A DNA stretch of 64,000 nucleotides. Source: an uncultured Acidobacteriota bacterium. Lineage in GTDB: Bacteria; Acidobacteriota; UBA6911. Location: NCBI GenBank assembly GCA_963809485.1, contig CAWEJX010000012.1, positions 96,001 through 160,000 of the forward strand. Reading direction: 5' to 3'. The position numbers were made by a program, and so were the translations under genes. Of this stretch, positions 9,794 to 20,262 are shown one piece after another; position 1 is the first letter of the stretch, and every line of letters begins with the position of its first letter. The notes under the pieces were generated by a model. That model did no database searches. It had not been told where the DNA came from and saw only the letters and a program-made list of their open reading frames with translations.

Positions 9794-11617
9794 ATGGCAA
9801 AACTTAATGCGGTATGGTTGAGATCAGTAATAGGTGTGTTCTTTGTTTGTTCTATAACCATAGTGCATGCAAATACTTTTGCCGCTGAGCCTGAAGCGAA
9901 GGCAGAAGGTTTTTCATTTGAGGTGCTTAATCCGGAGGCCGAGTGGATTATGCCATCCAAAATCTCACTGATTTCTCCACGGCTTAAGGACCTGTCCCAG
10001 AAGAAAATCGGATTGCTCTACGCCGGCAAATCGGGTGGCGAGTTTTTTCTGGATGCATTAGAGGTGCTTCTGAAGAAGAAATATCCTTCGGCCACGATCT
10101 CAAGATATACCCGATGGGTGGATAATGCAGAGGAAAGGATATTAAGGGAAGAAGATGCCTTTGTTTATGCGGTGGGAGATGCCGGCCAGGCAGCCTGGGA
10201 CAGCATAACCTGGACAGTAAAACTGGAAAAACTCGGTAAACCCGGTGTTGCTGTTTTTGGTGACCGCGTCTTATATAATGCAAAAGTGGCCGCTTCCCAT
10301 CTTGGCATGCCGTCGGTTCGTATGGTGCCCCTACCCAGTATGGAATTTTACCCGAACAGGGCAAGCGCAGCGACCATGATGCCCTGTGCCGAAATGGTTC
10401 TGGACGATATAATAAATGCGTTAACCCGCCCGATACAGCCTTCAGAGAAGAATGCCGGTTTGATACCGAAAAAGGCGACACCTGAGTTTGTAAGAATTAC
10501 AGGCGACAGCCTGGAATCCGCCTATGATAAATTCTACCAGCTATTCATGGATAATGACTGGGGCGATGGACTCCCACTGGTCCCTCCCACGCGCTATAAC
10601 GTCGAACAGATGTTAAAGGCAACCAGCCTTTCACCTGATACAAAACTGGGTACAATACAAGTACATGACGGGAGTTCCGACCTAGTGCATGTCACTGTGG
10701 GTAAAGTTGCTGTAAATGCTGTGATGGCCGGCGCTAAACCGGAATATTTCCCGGTTATTATCGCTGCCATGGAGGGGATATCCGATAGGGGATTTTCCAG
10801 TCACGTTTTTTCTTCTGACGCCTCCTTTAACCTTTTAATAGCCGTGTCCGGCCCCATTGCGAAAAAAATCAATATGCACTCCGGAACAGGTTTCCTGGGG
10901 CACGGGTGGCGGGCCAATAATACCATCGGACGCGCTGTAAGACTGTGCATGAACAATATAGGCCATATAAGACCGGGAAAGCTTGATACGGCATTAACCG
11001 GCAGGGCGTCATCCCATACTTTTTATGTGCTGGCTGAAAATGATGTATTAAGTCCCTGGGCTCCATTTCACACTGTGCGAGGCTACCGGGCGGAAGACAG
11101 TTATGTTACAGTGTCCGGCATAGGTCTGGGCGGCGATTTCACTATTTACGGCGGCGGAACAGGAGGCGCCTGGAAAATTGATGATGTTCTGAAAAGCATT
11201 ATTAATAGAATTGCTCCTAACCGCAGTATGTTTGCAGGAACTGGCGTCAGGCCTCTCAACTATATTTTCATACTGAGTCCCGATACGGCACAGGAACTGA
11301 AGAAACGGGGCTATACCAGGCAGAGCCTTCAGGACTACATTATAGACAAAACATCCGTACCCTATGAGCAGTTGAGCAAGGCTGAGATCGAGGGGCTCAA
11401 AAGGAGGCTTTCGGAAAAGTCCGATGCCTGGGGAGGAACCGGGAATATTCCTGAAGACCGCAAACCCGTGTTCCGGGAAAACCTTAAACCCGGAGGCAAA
11501 ATACCTGCTGTCGTTTCACCTGACAATCTTAACATTTTTGTATCGGGTGATGTGTCAGGCTATAATCTTGGAGCGGTTTATCTGCTCGGGGGCCACTCGA
11601 TTAAGCCTGTTCGATAA
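9794..11617 (+). CDS. UGSC-family protein paralog 2, Ala at both redox positions (GDAGQA), signal peptide
   Basis: VLNP, PRLKDL, LEKLGKPGV, WGDGLPLVPPT, AVNAVMAG, RANNTIGRA; AGQA codons at 10181-10192. Confidence 0.87.
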   Translation: MAKLNAVWLRSVIGVFFVCSITIVHANTFAAEPEAKAEGFSFEVLNPEAEWIMPSKISLISPRLKDLSQKKIGLLYAGKSGGEFFLDALEVLLKKKYPSATISRYTRWVDNAEERILREEDAFVYAVGDAGQAAWDSITWTVKLEKLGKPGVAVFGDRVLYNAKVAASHLGMPSVRMVPLPSMEFYPNRASAATMMPCAEMVLDDIINALTRPIQPSEKNAGLIPKKATPEFVRITGDSLESAYDKFYQLFMDNDWGDGLPLVPPTRYNVEQMLKATSLSPDTKLGTIQVHDGSSDLVHVTVGKVAVNAVMAGAKPEYFPVIIAAMEGISDRGFSSHVFSSDASFNLLIAVSGPIAKKINMHSGTGFLGHGWRANNTIGRAVRLCMNNIGHIRPGKLDTALTGRASSHTFYVLAENDVLSPWAPFHTVRGYRAEDSYVTVSGIGLGGDFTIYGGGTGGAWKIDDVLKSIINRIAPNRSMFAGTGVRPLNYIFILSPDTAQELKKRGYTRQSLQDYIIDKTSVPYEQLSKAEIEGLKRRLSEKSDAWGGTGNIPEDRKPVFRENLKPGGKIPAVVSPDNLNIFVSGDVSGYNLGAVYLLGGHSIKPVR

Positions 11618-11668
11618 GGAAGACGGATTATAGAATCAGGTCATAGCATCTCCTCAGTATCCTCCGTA

Positions 11669-11800
11669 TCAAGTCGTTGTAGCTCCGCGTATGACCTTGT
11701 GAATGTATGGCCCTGTCACTTCCTCAAAATTGGCGGTTGAGCCGCAGGGAGTCTGAAAAACAATCACTCCGTCCGCGCCTATGCCGGGCGGATAGGCGGA
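11669..11800 (-). pseudogene. Possible C-terminal remnant of another UGSC-family gene
   Basis: ...IVFQTPCGST...HKVIRGATTT*YG resembles the paralog ends (VWESPTG..TKLIRGAALTKAGR). Confidence 0.3.
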
Positions 11801-11856
11801 AAAGCTGCATCCAGGGCAAAAGGCCGTTTCCGTGCATAATTCAGGTAATATTATTG

Positions 11857-11912
11857 TTGACACACAAAGCGCGATATTTTACGGTTGATCATATTTTTGT
11901 ACGTATACGTAC
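11857..11912 (+). promoter_or_regulatory. sigma70-like promoter with downstream palindromic operator
   Basis: TTGACA (11857)-17 nt-TACGGT; perfect 14-bp palindrome GTACGTATACGTAC at 11899-11912, upstream of the Mo-hydroxylase operon. Confidence 0.55.
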
Positions 11913-12062
11913 TATGATGCGAATGACGCATCGCCACATCGAAACATGCCTGCAAAGAGAACGGAAAATCAAAGATTTCGTCGCAGGTAAATGTCGGTTT
12001 TTTGCAGGACCCTCTTTAGTGTAAGCTGGGCTACTCTGCTCTTGTGAGCGAAAGGGCCAGGA

Positions 12063-14502
12063 ATGACGGCAGCAAATGAAAGTAAAAGGGAAGAGTCAAG
12101 GGACAACTGGCTCTGGCTCTGGAGACCCCCTGAAGGCGGCGATATCGGCCGCCGCGGCCTGCGGCCCAGAGAGGCTCCCGAGAAAGTAACGGGCAGAGCC
12201 GTTTATACCAATGACGTTTATCTTCCGGGAATGCTGTATGTGAAGGTTTACCGTTCTCCGTATGCCCACGCCAGGATCCGGAAGATGGATACCAGCAAAG
12301 CCGAGGCTCTTCCCGGCGTCTGGGCCGTAATCCGATATGATGATCCGGATATCGATTTAAGCGATCCCTATAAACCCGTATTGGGTTTCATGTGGTTTTG
12401 GCATCGGAATTCCATTCTCCCGGATACCGCCGATTATCAGGGCGTCCGAGTAGGAGCGCTGGTAGTTGCCGAAAGCGAGGAAATCTGCGATCAGGCTTTG
12501 AAATTGATCGGGGAAGGCATCGAGTGGGAGCAATTGCCTTTCATCCTGGACCCGGAAAAGGCGATCCAACCCGATGCGCCTCTTTTGCATCCGGAAATAA
12601 ATCCCAAAAACAATATCTGGAAAGATGCAGTGATTCTCAACCAGGGTGACGTGGAGAAGGGATTTGCCTCATCCGACCATGTCATCGAGTTCAGCGAGAT
12701 CAAGAAGGAGGATGATGTCTGGGCCGGCGTGGAGCCCGGATGTATGGTTGTCCAATGGGTTGGCGACAATCTGGAATTCTGGTATCACGGGCAAAGAATC
12801 GGGGTAGATGTAAATTTCATATCAGCTCCCGTGTTCAAAAACGATAAAAAGCAGCCGAAAAAAGTGAAAGCGCACACGCCTTTTAACGGCGCCACCTTCG
12901 GCGGAAATGCCATGGGTCTTGCCTGCTCATCTGGCCAGGTATGCGGCGATAGCAGCCAGGAAGACCATGCGTCCGGTCAAGGTTGTGGATGATTACGCCA
13001 TGAGCTGGGAAGGCAACAGTTTTGAGACCGGAATTGCCCATTACAAGGTGGGCTTTAATAATGATGGAACCATTGTCGCCATCAAGATCGAAATCAACCA
13101 GAAAAACGGCCTTCCGATAACATCCAAGTTTATCGATACCTTGAAGACGCCGAATGTTTATGTGCATGCGATACATTCTTACTGGAGCAGACCCCATGAG
13201 TCCTGCTGGAAGGATGGCGCGGCCAATTGCACCCTTGTCAACCTGATAATCAATAAGGTAGCTGCCTGTTTGAACATGGACCCGATAAAGGTGCAACTGC
13301 TCAACGATGGCGCCAGATGGGCATGATATGGCCTGGCTGGACGAACATGTCAAGAAGCCTTACGGAATGCCCCTCAGGGACAGCCTGAAGGAGGTTGTTG
13401 AAGCCGGCAAGAAAGCTTTCGATTGGGACCGGAAGTGGCATCCGCCGGGCACGCGCAGGCTCCCCAATGGCCGGATGCATGGTGTCGGTTTTTACGCGGT
13501 AGCCTGTTGGCATACCGGCGCCAGAAAGGGCGGCGTCCCAGGCATATCTATGGCGAGAGATGGAACGGCTACCATCTTTTACCGCCGCCCCGATTGCGGC
13601 CAGTCTGCCGCTACCACCTATTGCCAGATTGCGGCTGATGAGATCGGGCTGCGCTATGACGACGTTAAAATTGAGTTCATAGACTACTTCTACTTTGATG
13701 CTGTTCCTCCCGCAGGTTCCATGGGTTCCAGCCTCAATACTTTCGGCCTTGTGGTCAATGCCCGAAAAATGAAGAGAGCTTCTCCTGGAATATGTTGTGA
13801 ACCCTCCCATTGGGGCAATACGCGCCTATGGCAATGCAGTTCCACCGGTACTCATCCCTTTCCAGGGCAAAAAGGTTGAGGAACTGGATATCAGGGACGG
13901 CGTCATCTTTGAGAAAGCCCATCCGGAAAACAAGCTGCCGGTAAGAAGAGTCACCTCATTGCTGCCGCGCGGATTGGAGGCAGCGGCAGAAGGAGGATCC
14001 TTTCTTCGTCGGCGACAAAGCTCCTGAGCTTCCCGAAGTTAAGGAGAAATATACATTGGCCCGGCAATGTGTTTTCGTCGAAGTCGAGGTTGACACCGAA
14101 ACCGGACAGGTTGAGGTTATCAAGCTGGTCCATCCTTATGATGTAGGCCAGTCGCTGAATCCCGATGTGAATGACCAGCAACTCTACGGCGGTGCCTATC
14201 CGGGCGTAGGTGTCTCCGCCACTGAAGCCATCTATTATGATCCGCATACCGGAGTCAGGCTGAATGATAATCTGCTTGGTTATCCTGTTCTGACCATACT
14301 GGATGTCGGCGAGATTGAAGCTCCCATTGTAGAAACGCATCTGGGCTGGAGCGCCTATGGACTTTGCGGCTGCAGCGAAGCCGGTAAGGCGGCCACAGCC
14401 GCAGCGATACTGGTCCCCGCCGTTTATAACGCCATCGGAAAGTGGATTGAGGAAACCCCGGTTACGCCGGAAAGAGTTCTCAGAGCGCTGGGAAAAGCAT
14501 AG
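12063..14502 (+). pseudogene. Xanthine dehydrogenase-family Mo-binding subunit, multiple frameshifts (~12920, ~13315, ~13780-13800, ~14005)
   Basis: KVTGRAVYTND, RSPYAHARI, VEVEVDTETGQV, AVYNAIG, PVTPERVL; the fragments align colinearly with paralog 15176-17591. Confidence 0.85.
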
Positions 14503-14547
14503 CAGAAATTGCCTTCTTTGCAGCTGTTGATAAAGGAGCCACAACTT

Positions 14548-15171
14548 ATGCTGGCAGAAAAAATAAAGAAAAGAGCAAAATCCGCCAAGATATCCAGCGG
14601 AAAACACCCTAAGGGAACTGCCTCTGCCGGCAAGGGCGTCACCGGCACCGGCACCACAGCCATAACTCCCATCGACGGAATACGAGTTCCTTTGACGATC
14701 AAGCCAAGAACGGTGAGGATCAAGGTAAATGGGAGAACATCTAGTCTCCATGTTGAGCCCAATTGGACTCTGCGGGATGTTCTACGGCAAAAGCTGGGAT
14801 TTACGTCGGTAAAGGATTTTTGTGGCGGCTATGGAGCCTGCGGCTCTTGCTGCGTCATCATGGATGGTCGGCCGGTCCTTTCATGCATGACCCTGGCAGT
14901 TGATTGTGACGGGGCTGCAATCGAAACGGCGGAGGGCATCGCCGATGCCAAACATCCTCTGATTGAAGCCTACATTATGAATTGGACGGCTCAGTGCGGC
15001 TATTGCACTCCCGGCTTCCTCGTTACCGCCAAGGTACTGCTGGACCATAATCTCAATCCAACCGTGGAGGAGATCAAAGAAGCCCTGGCAGGAAATCTGT
15101 GTCGTTGCGGCACCTACCCGGCACACATCAAGGCTATCCAGGATGCGGCCAAAGTGCTGAGGGGGGAGTAA
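14548..15171 (+). CDS. XDH-family [2Fe-2S] subunit (no Tat motif)
   Basis: FCGGYGACGSCC, LSC, QCGYCTPG, NLCRCGTY. Confidence 0.93.
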   Translation: MLAEKIKKRAKSAKISSGKHPKGTASAGKGVTGTGTTAITPIDGIRVPLTIKPRTVRIKVNGRTSSLHVEPNWTLRDVLRQKLGFTSVKDFCGGYGACGSCCVIMDGRPVLSCMTLAVDCDGAAIETAEGIADAKHPLIEAYIMNWTAQCGYCTPGFLVTAKVLLDHNLNPTVEEIKEALAGNLCRCGTYPAHIKAIQDAAKVLRGE

Positions 15172-15175
15172 TAAC

Positions 15176-17591
15176 ATGGCAGAGGAATCAATGGAAAAGC
15201 GGCCCTGGCTATGGAGGCCCCCCGAAGGCGGCTATATCGGCCGCAGAGGCTTGCGTCCCAAGGAAGCCCCTGAAAAGGTCTCGGGCAAAGCAGTGTATAC
15301 AAGTGATGTTTACCTCCCGGGAATGCTGTATTTAAAAGCATTACGTTCCCCCTATGCCCACGCCAGGATCAAGAAGATGGATAGCGGCAAAGCGGAATCC
15401 CTCCCGGGCGTCTGGGCTGTGATCCGATACGACGATCCGGATATCGACTTCTCTGATCCCTATGAGCCCGTGATAGGGCGCTCATGGTTTTGGTATCGGA
15501 ACATTCTCCCGGATATTGCCGACTTTGAAGGTGTAAGGCTGGGAGCGATGGTGGTTGCCGAATCTGAGGAGATCTGCGATCAGGCTTTAAAGCTGATTGG
15601 GCGAAGGCATTGAGTGGGAACAATTGCCATTCATTCTGGATCCGGAGGAAGCCGTGAAATCTGGCGCTCCTCTCCTTCACCCGGAAAGAAATCCCAATAG
15701 CAATATCTTCGATGATGTGGTGACCTACAATATTGGTGACGTAGAGAAGGGATTTGCCTCATCCGACCATGTCGTCGAGTTCAAGTCGGTCAAAATTGAG
15801 GATGACGTCTGGGCCGGCGTAGAGCCCGGAAGCATCGTGGCGTGGCTGAAAGATGAGGAACTGGAAGTCTGGTACCACGGACAAAGAATTCCTGCGGACG
15901 TGAATTTTGTTGCAGCGCCCGTATTCAAAAACGATAAAAGCCGGCCCAAAAAAGTGAAGGTTCATACGCCCTATAACGGAGCGACCTTCGGCGGCAATGC
16001 AATGGGATTGGTCGCCCAGCTGTGCCGATATGCAGTCATCGCAGCCAGGAAAACAGGGCGGCCGGTCAAGGTAGTGGACGATTATGCCATGAGCTGGGAA
16101 GGCACCAGCTATGAGACCGGAACAAATCGTTTCAAGATAGGTTTTAATAACGACGGCACCATCGTTTCGATCAAAATTGACACCCTCCAGATAGCCGGCC
16201 ATCCTCTGCCCAGCAAATTTGTAGATGCCATCAAAACCCCCAATATCCTGGTTCATGAAGTGCACAGTTATTGGAGCAAAGCCCACGAGTCCTGCTGGAA
16301 AGACGGCGCCTCCAATTGCGTTCTTTCGAACCTGGTAATTAATAAAGTGGCGGCCCATCTGAATATGGACCCGATACAAGTGCAGCTGCTCAACGATGGC
16401 GCTCACGGGCATGATATGGCCTGGCTGAACGAAAATGTCAAGAAGCCCAACGGAATGCCGCTCAGGGACAGCTTGAAGGAAGTTGTCGAGGCGGGCAAGA
16501 AAGCTTTCGATTGGGACCATAAGTGGCATCCTCCGGGCACACGCAGGCTCCCCAATGGCAGGATGCACGGGGTCGGTTTTTATGCCGTGGGCTGCTGGCA
16601 CACCGGCGCCAGGAAGGGAGGCGTTCCTGGCATATCCCTGGCGAGGGATGGTACGGCCACCATCTACTACCGGCGCACGGATTGCGGCCAGTCCGCTCCT
16701 TCTACCTATTGTCAGATTGCGGCTGATGAAATAGGGCTGCGCTATGAAGACGTCAAAATAGAATTCAAGGATTATTTCTATTTTGATGCGGTTCCCCCCA
16801 TGGGTTCCATGGGCTCCAGTCTCAACACCTATGCTCTGGTGATGAATGCCAGGAGAATGAAGCAGCGCCTTCTGGAATATGCTGTCAAATTTCAAATGGG
16901 AGCCACGAACATCAATTACGGCGACAAGGTTCCGGCAACAGTCTCTCCGTTCCTGGGCAAAAATATTGAAGACCTGGATATCAAAGACGGCGTCATTTTT
17001 GAGAAAGCCCATCCGGAAAACAGGATGCCGGTCCGAAGAGTCGTCTCTTTTCGGCCTCGAGGCCTGGAATCGAATGCGGAAGTTGGAGAGTTCTTTGTCG
17101 GTGAAACTGCAGATGAACCTCCCATGGTGAAGGAACCCTTCAGTATGGGCCGGCAGTGCGTTTTCGTTGAAGTCGAGGTTGACACCGAAACCGGACAGGT
17201 TGAAGTGACCCGACTGGTTCATCCTTACGACGTAGGCCAGTCGCTGAATCCCGATGTGAATGACCAGCAACTCCTTGGCGGGGCCTATTCCGGCGTAGGC
17301 GTCTCCGCCACGGAAGCCATCTACTATGATCCGCATACCGGGGTCAAGCTGAACGACAACCTGCTCGGCTACCCGATGCTGACCATACTGGATATGGGCC
17401 CCATTGAGGCTCCCATCGTGGAAACACACGTGGGATGGAGCGCTTATGGACTTTACGGCTGCAGCGAAGCCGGCAAGGCGGCTACAGCCGCAGCCATACT
17501 GGTCCCGGCCGTTTATAACGCGATCGGCAAGTGGATTGAGGAAACCCCGGTTACGCCGGAAAGAGTCCTTAGAGCGTTGGGAAAAGCATAA
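15176..17591 (+). CDS. XDH-family Mo-binding subunit, one frameshift (~15600)
   Basis: ORFs 15176-15613 and 15597-17591 join into one full-length subunit. Confidence 0.88.
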
Positions 17592-17603
17592 GAGGTGATT
17601 CAA

Positions 17604-19991
17604 ATGAAGAGCCTAATGAAATTTGAGCATATCAATGCCGCCAGCCTGGATGATGCGGTCTCAATTCTGCGTCAATACGGGGATAAAGCCTGGGTCCTCG
17701 CCGGCGGAACTGATCTGGTGGGCACCATGCGGTTTGAGGTGCTGCACGACTATCCTGAAGTTTTGGTCAATCTGAAGACCATTCCGGGACTGGACTATAT
17801 TAAGGAAGAGAACGGCACTCTCAAGATAGGCGCATTGACCCGGCTGGAGGACATCGCCGCTCATTCCATCGTCCGGAGCCGCTATGCAGCTCTTGCTGAG
17901 GCAGCTCACCGGACAGCTTCGCCCCATGTTCGTGCCATGGGCACCATCGGCGGCAATCTCTGCCAGCTTATTCGTTGCTGGTATTTCCGGAAGGAGGAGA
18001 ACCGATTTGACTGTATCCGGAAGGGTGGCGCCATGTGCCACGCCGTTATCGGAGACAATCGATACCACTCCATCTTCGGAGCTGCGAGGGTCGCGCCTCC
18101 TCCCTGCTCCTCAAATTGTCCGGCCGGAAACGACATTCCCTCTTATCTGAGCAGCATCCGGGACGACAACCTTGCGGAAGCGGCTCAAATACTGCTGAGT
18201 TCAAACCCGATGCCCGCTATCACGGGCAGAATCTGTCCCCATGCCTGTGAACAAAACTGCAATCGAAGAGATTTGGATGAAGCCCTCTCGATATGCTCTG
18301 TCGAACGTTTCGTGGGGGATTACATCCTCGATCACGCCGACCGGCTGTATCAGGCTCCCCGGAGAGAAAGCAAAAAGGGCGTGGCCGTTATAGGGTCCGG
18401 GCCAGCCGGTCTTTCCGCTGCCTATTACCTCAGGAAACTCGGCTACCGCGTGACCATTTTTGAAGCCAGGGAAAAAGCAGGCGGCGTCCTTACTTACGGC
18501 ATCCCGCCTTACAGATTAGCCAAGGATGTGGTAAGCAGGCAGATTCAAGCCATTGAAAACACCGGGGTGCAGTTTAAGTATGGCGCTAAGGTCGGGAAGG
18601 ACATCACTCTCGATGATCTTCAGAAAAGATATAGTGCTGTCTTCTGCGCCACAGGTGCCTGGAAGTCTTCCGTTCTGGGACTACCGAACGAAGGGTTGCT
18701 GAACCGTGGTCTGGATTTCCTGGAGAAGATCAATAGCGGATTAAGAAAGATAAGCGCCAAAAAAATATTGGTGATAGGCGGAGGCAGTGTCGCCATGGAT
18801 GTTGCGACGTCCGCTCTCCGCGCGGGGGCTCAAGAAGTTCTTGTGGCTTGTCTGGAATCCCGAGATGAGATGCCTGCCTTGCCCGGAGAAGTGGAGCAGG
18901 CAGTTAAAGAAGGCATAAAGCTGATGCCTTCATGGGGGCCTTCGCGTATCTTAAAAACCAAAGGCAAGCTCTCCGGGATGGAATTGGTCCGATGCACTTC
19001 GGTCTATGACAGCGAGCATCGATTTGCTCCCGCCTATGATCGGGCGACCAAGAATACCGTGGAGGCCGACCAGATCATTCTGGCCGCCGGGCAAAGACCC
19101 AATTTGTCGTATGCCACATCGAGCTTGAATATGGACAGGGGCTTGATTGTTGTCGATCCCGACACCCAGGCCACCAGCATCGACAAAGTGTTCGCCGGTG
19201 GAGATGCCACAATTTCCGGTCCCCTTTCCGTGGTGGCCGCCCTGGCGTCGGGACGACGGGCCGCAGAGGCGATCAATCATTTTCTTGGAAGCGGGCGTAC
19301 TTTGGAGATTGAGAAGAAAGTGGAACATCTGACCCGCTGCGATGGCGAGTGCCTGGAAAAGTCCATCCGGGTTAAGGCACCGGAGCAACCTCCATCCGAC
19401 TATTGCCTGGATAAAGAGGATGTTCTGGGACTGGATATAAAAGCCGTTGAGACGGAAGCCAAGAGATGTTTCAACTGCGGATGTGACGGAGTCAATCCGT
19501 CCGATATTGCACCTGCACTGATTGCTTTGGATGCCACGATTGTCACCTCCAAGAGAAAGGTAAAGGCGGACGAGTTCTGGGTTGCGGATAAAGGACTGAA
19601 GCCGACTATCCTGGATAACGATGAAATAATAACTGAGATCCGGATACCCCGGCCGGCTGCCAACGTGAAGAGCTCATTCCTCAAGTTCGCCATGAGGAAA
19701 TCTATCGACTTTCCTATCGTAAATTGCGCAGCCGCCATAGAGAGCAAGGACGGAGTCGTTAAATCAGCCCGGATCTGCTTGAATGCGGTATACAGCAATC
19801 CTTACCGTGTGACGAAAGCCGAAGATGCGATCATAGGAAAAACCATTGATGAGGCTATGGCCGAAGATGCTGGGGCAGGCGCGGTCTCTGATGCCATACC
19901 GCTGCCGTATAACAGGTTTAAAATCCAAATAGCCAAAACATTAGTCAAGCGAGCAATACTGGCCTGCAACAACGTTCAGGGCCACGCATAA
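17604..19991 (+). CDS. XDH-family FAD/[4Fe-4S] subunit with inserted GltD/SudA-like Fe-S flavin module
   Basis: AGGTDL, TIGGNLCQ..RCWYFR, then an insert (PCSSNCP, GRICPHACEQNC, GSGPAG, GGGSVA, FAGGD, KRCFNC), then GCDGVNPSD and RKSIDF. Confidence 0.9.
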   Translation: MKSLMKFEHINAASLDDAVSILRQYGDKAWVLAGGTDLVGTMRFEVLHDYPEVLVNLKTIPGLDYIKEENGTLKIGALTRLEDIAAHSIVRSRYAALAEAAHRTASPHVRAMGTIGGNLCQLIRCWYFRKEENRFDCIRKGGAMCHAVIGDNRYHSIFGAARVAPPPCSSNCPAGNDIPSYLSSIRDDNLAEAAQILLSSNPMPAITGRICPHACEQNCNRRDLDEALSICSVERFVGDYILDHADRLYQAPRRESKKGVAVIGSGPAGLSAAYYLRKLGYRVTIFEAREKAGGVLTYGIPPYRLAKDVVSRQIQAIENTGVQFKYGAKVGKDITLDDLQKRYSAVFCATGAWKSSVLGLPNEGLLNRGLDFLEKINSGLRKISAKKILVIGGGSVAMDVATSALRAGAQEVLVACLESRDEMPALPGEVEQAVKEGIKLMPSWGPSRILKTKGKLSGMELVRCTSVYDSEHRFAPAYDRATKNTVEADQIILAAGQRPNLSYATSSLNMDRGLIVVDPDTQATSIDKVFAGGDATISGPLSVVAALASGRRAAEAINHFLGSGRTLEIEKKVEHLTRCDGECLEKSIRVKAPEQPPSDYCLDKEDVLGLDIKAVETEAKRCFNCGCDGVNPSDIAPALIALDATIVTSKRKVKADEFWVADKGLKPTILDNDEIITEIRIPRPAANVKSSFLKFAMRKSIDFPIVNCAAAIESKDGVVKSARICLNAVYSNPYRVTKAEDAIIGKTIDEAMAEDAGAGAVSDAIPLPYNRFKIQIAKTLVKRAILACNNVQGHA

Positions 19992-20011
19992 AAAAAGGAT
20001 ACCAGACCCAG

Positions 20012-20230
20012 ATGCCCAAGCTATTGGTCAAAGTCTTTGGAGATCCCGGGGAGGACACATACGACCTGGAGGATGTGAGATACCTCTTTAATTTTGCCGA
20101 CCAGATTGTTGTGGTTGATGGGCAGAACGTACGCTCCTATGACGAGCTTGCAAAAATCGTTTCCCAGGAAAAATACAGAGATCAGGAGTTTATTGAGGTA
20201 GTGCAGATACCGGCAACTACAGGCGGTTAG
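20012..20230 (+). CDS. Small MoaD/ThiS-like (ubiquitin-like) protein ending in Gly-Gly
   Basis: 72 aa; VVVDG...IEVVQIPATTGG*; RBS AAGGA; operonic. Confidence 0.6.
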   Translation: MPKLLVKVFGDPGEDTYDLEDVRYLFNFADQIVVVDGQNVRSYDELAKIVSQEKYRDQEFIEVVQIPATTGG

Positions 20231-20262
20231 TTTTCCGCATCCTTCCAGAAGGTGAGCAAATA

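Noticed and set aside
15759-17603. Long antisense ORFs (also 1510-2751, 49654-51189 and others)
   Set aside because: They are shadows of well-supported genes on the opposite strand, with no recognisable motifs.
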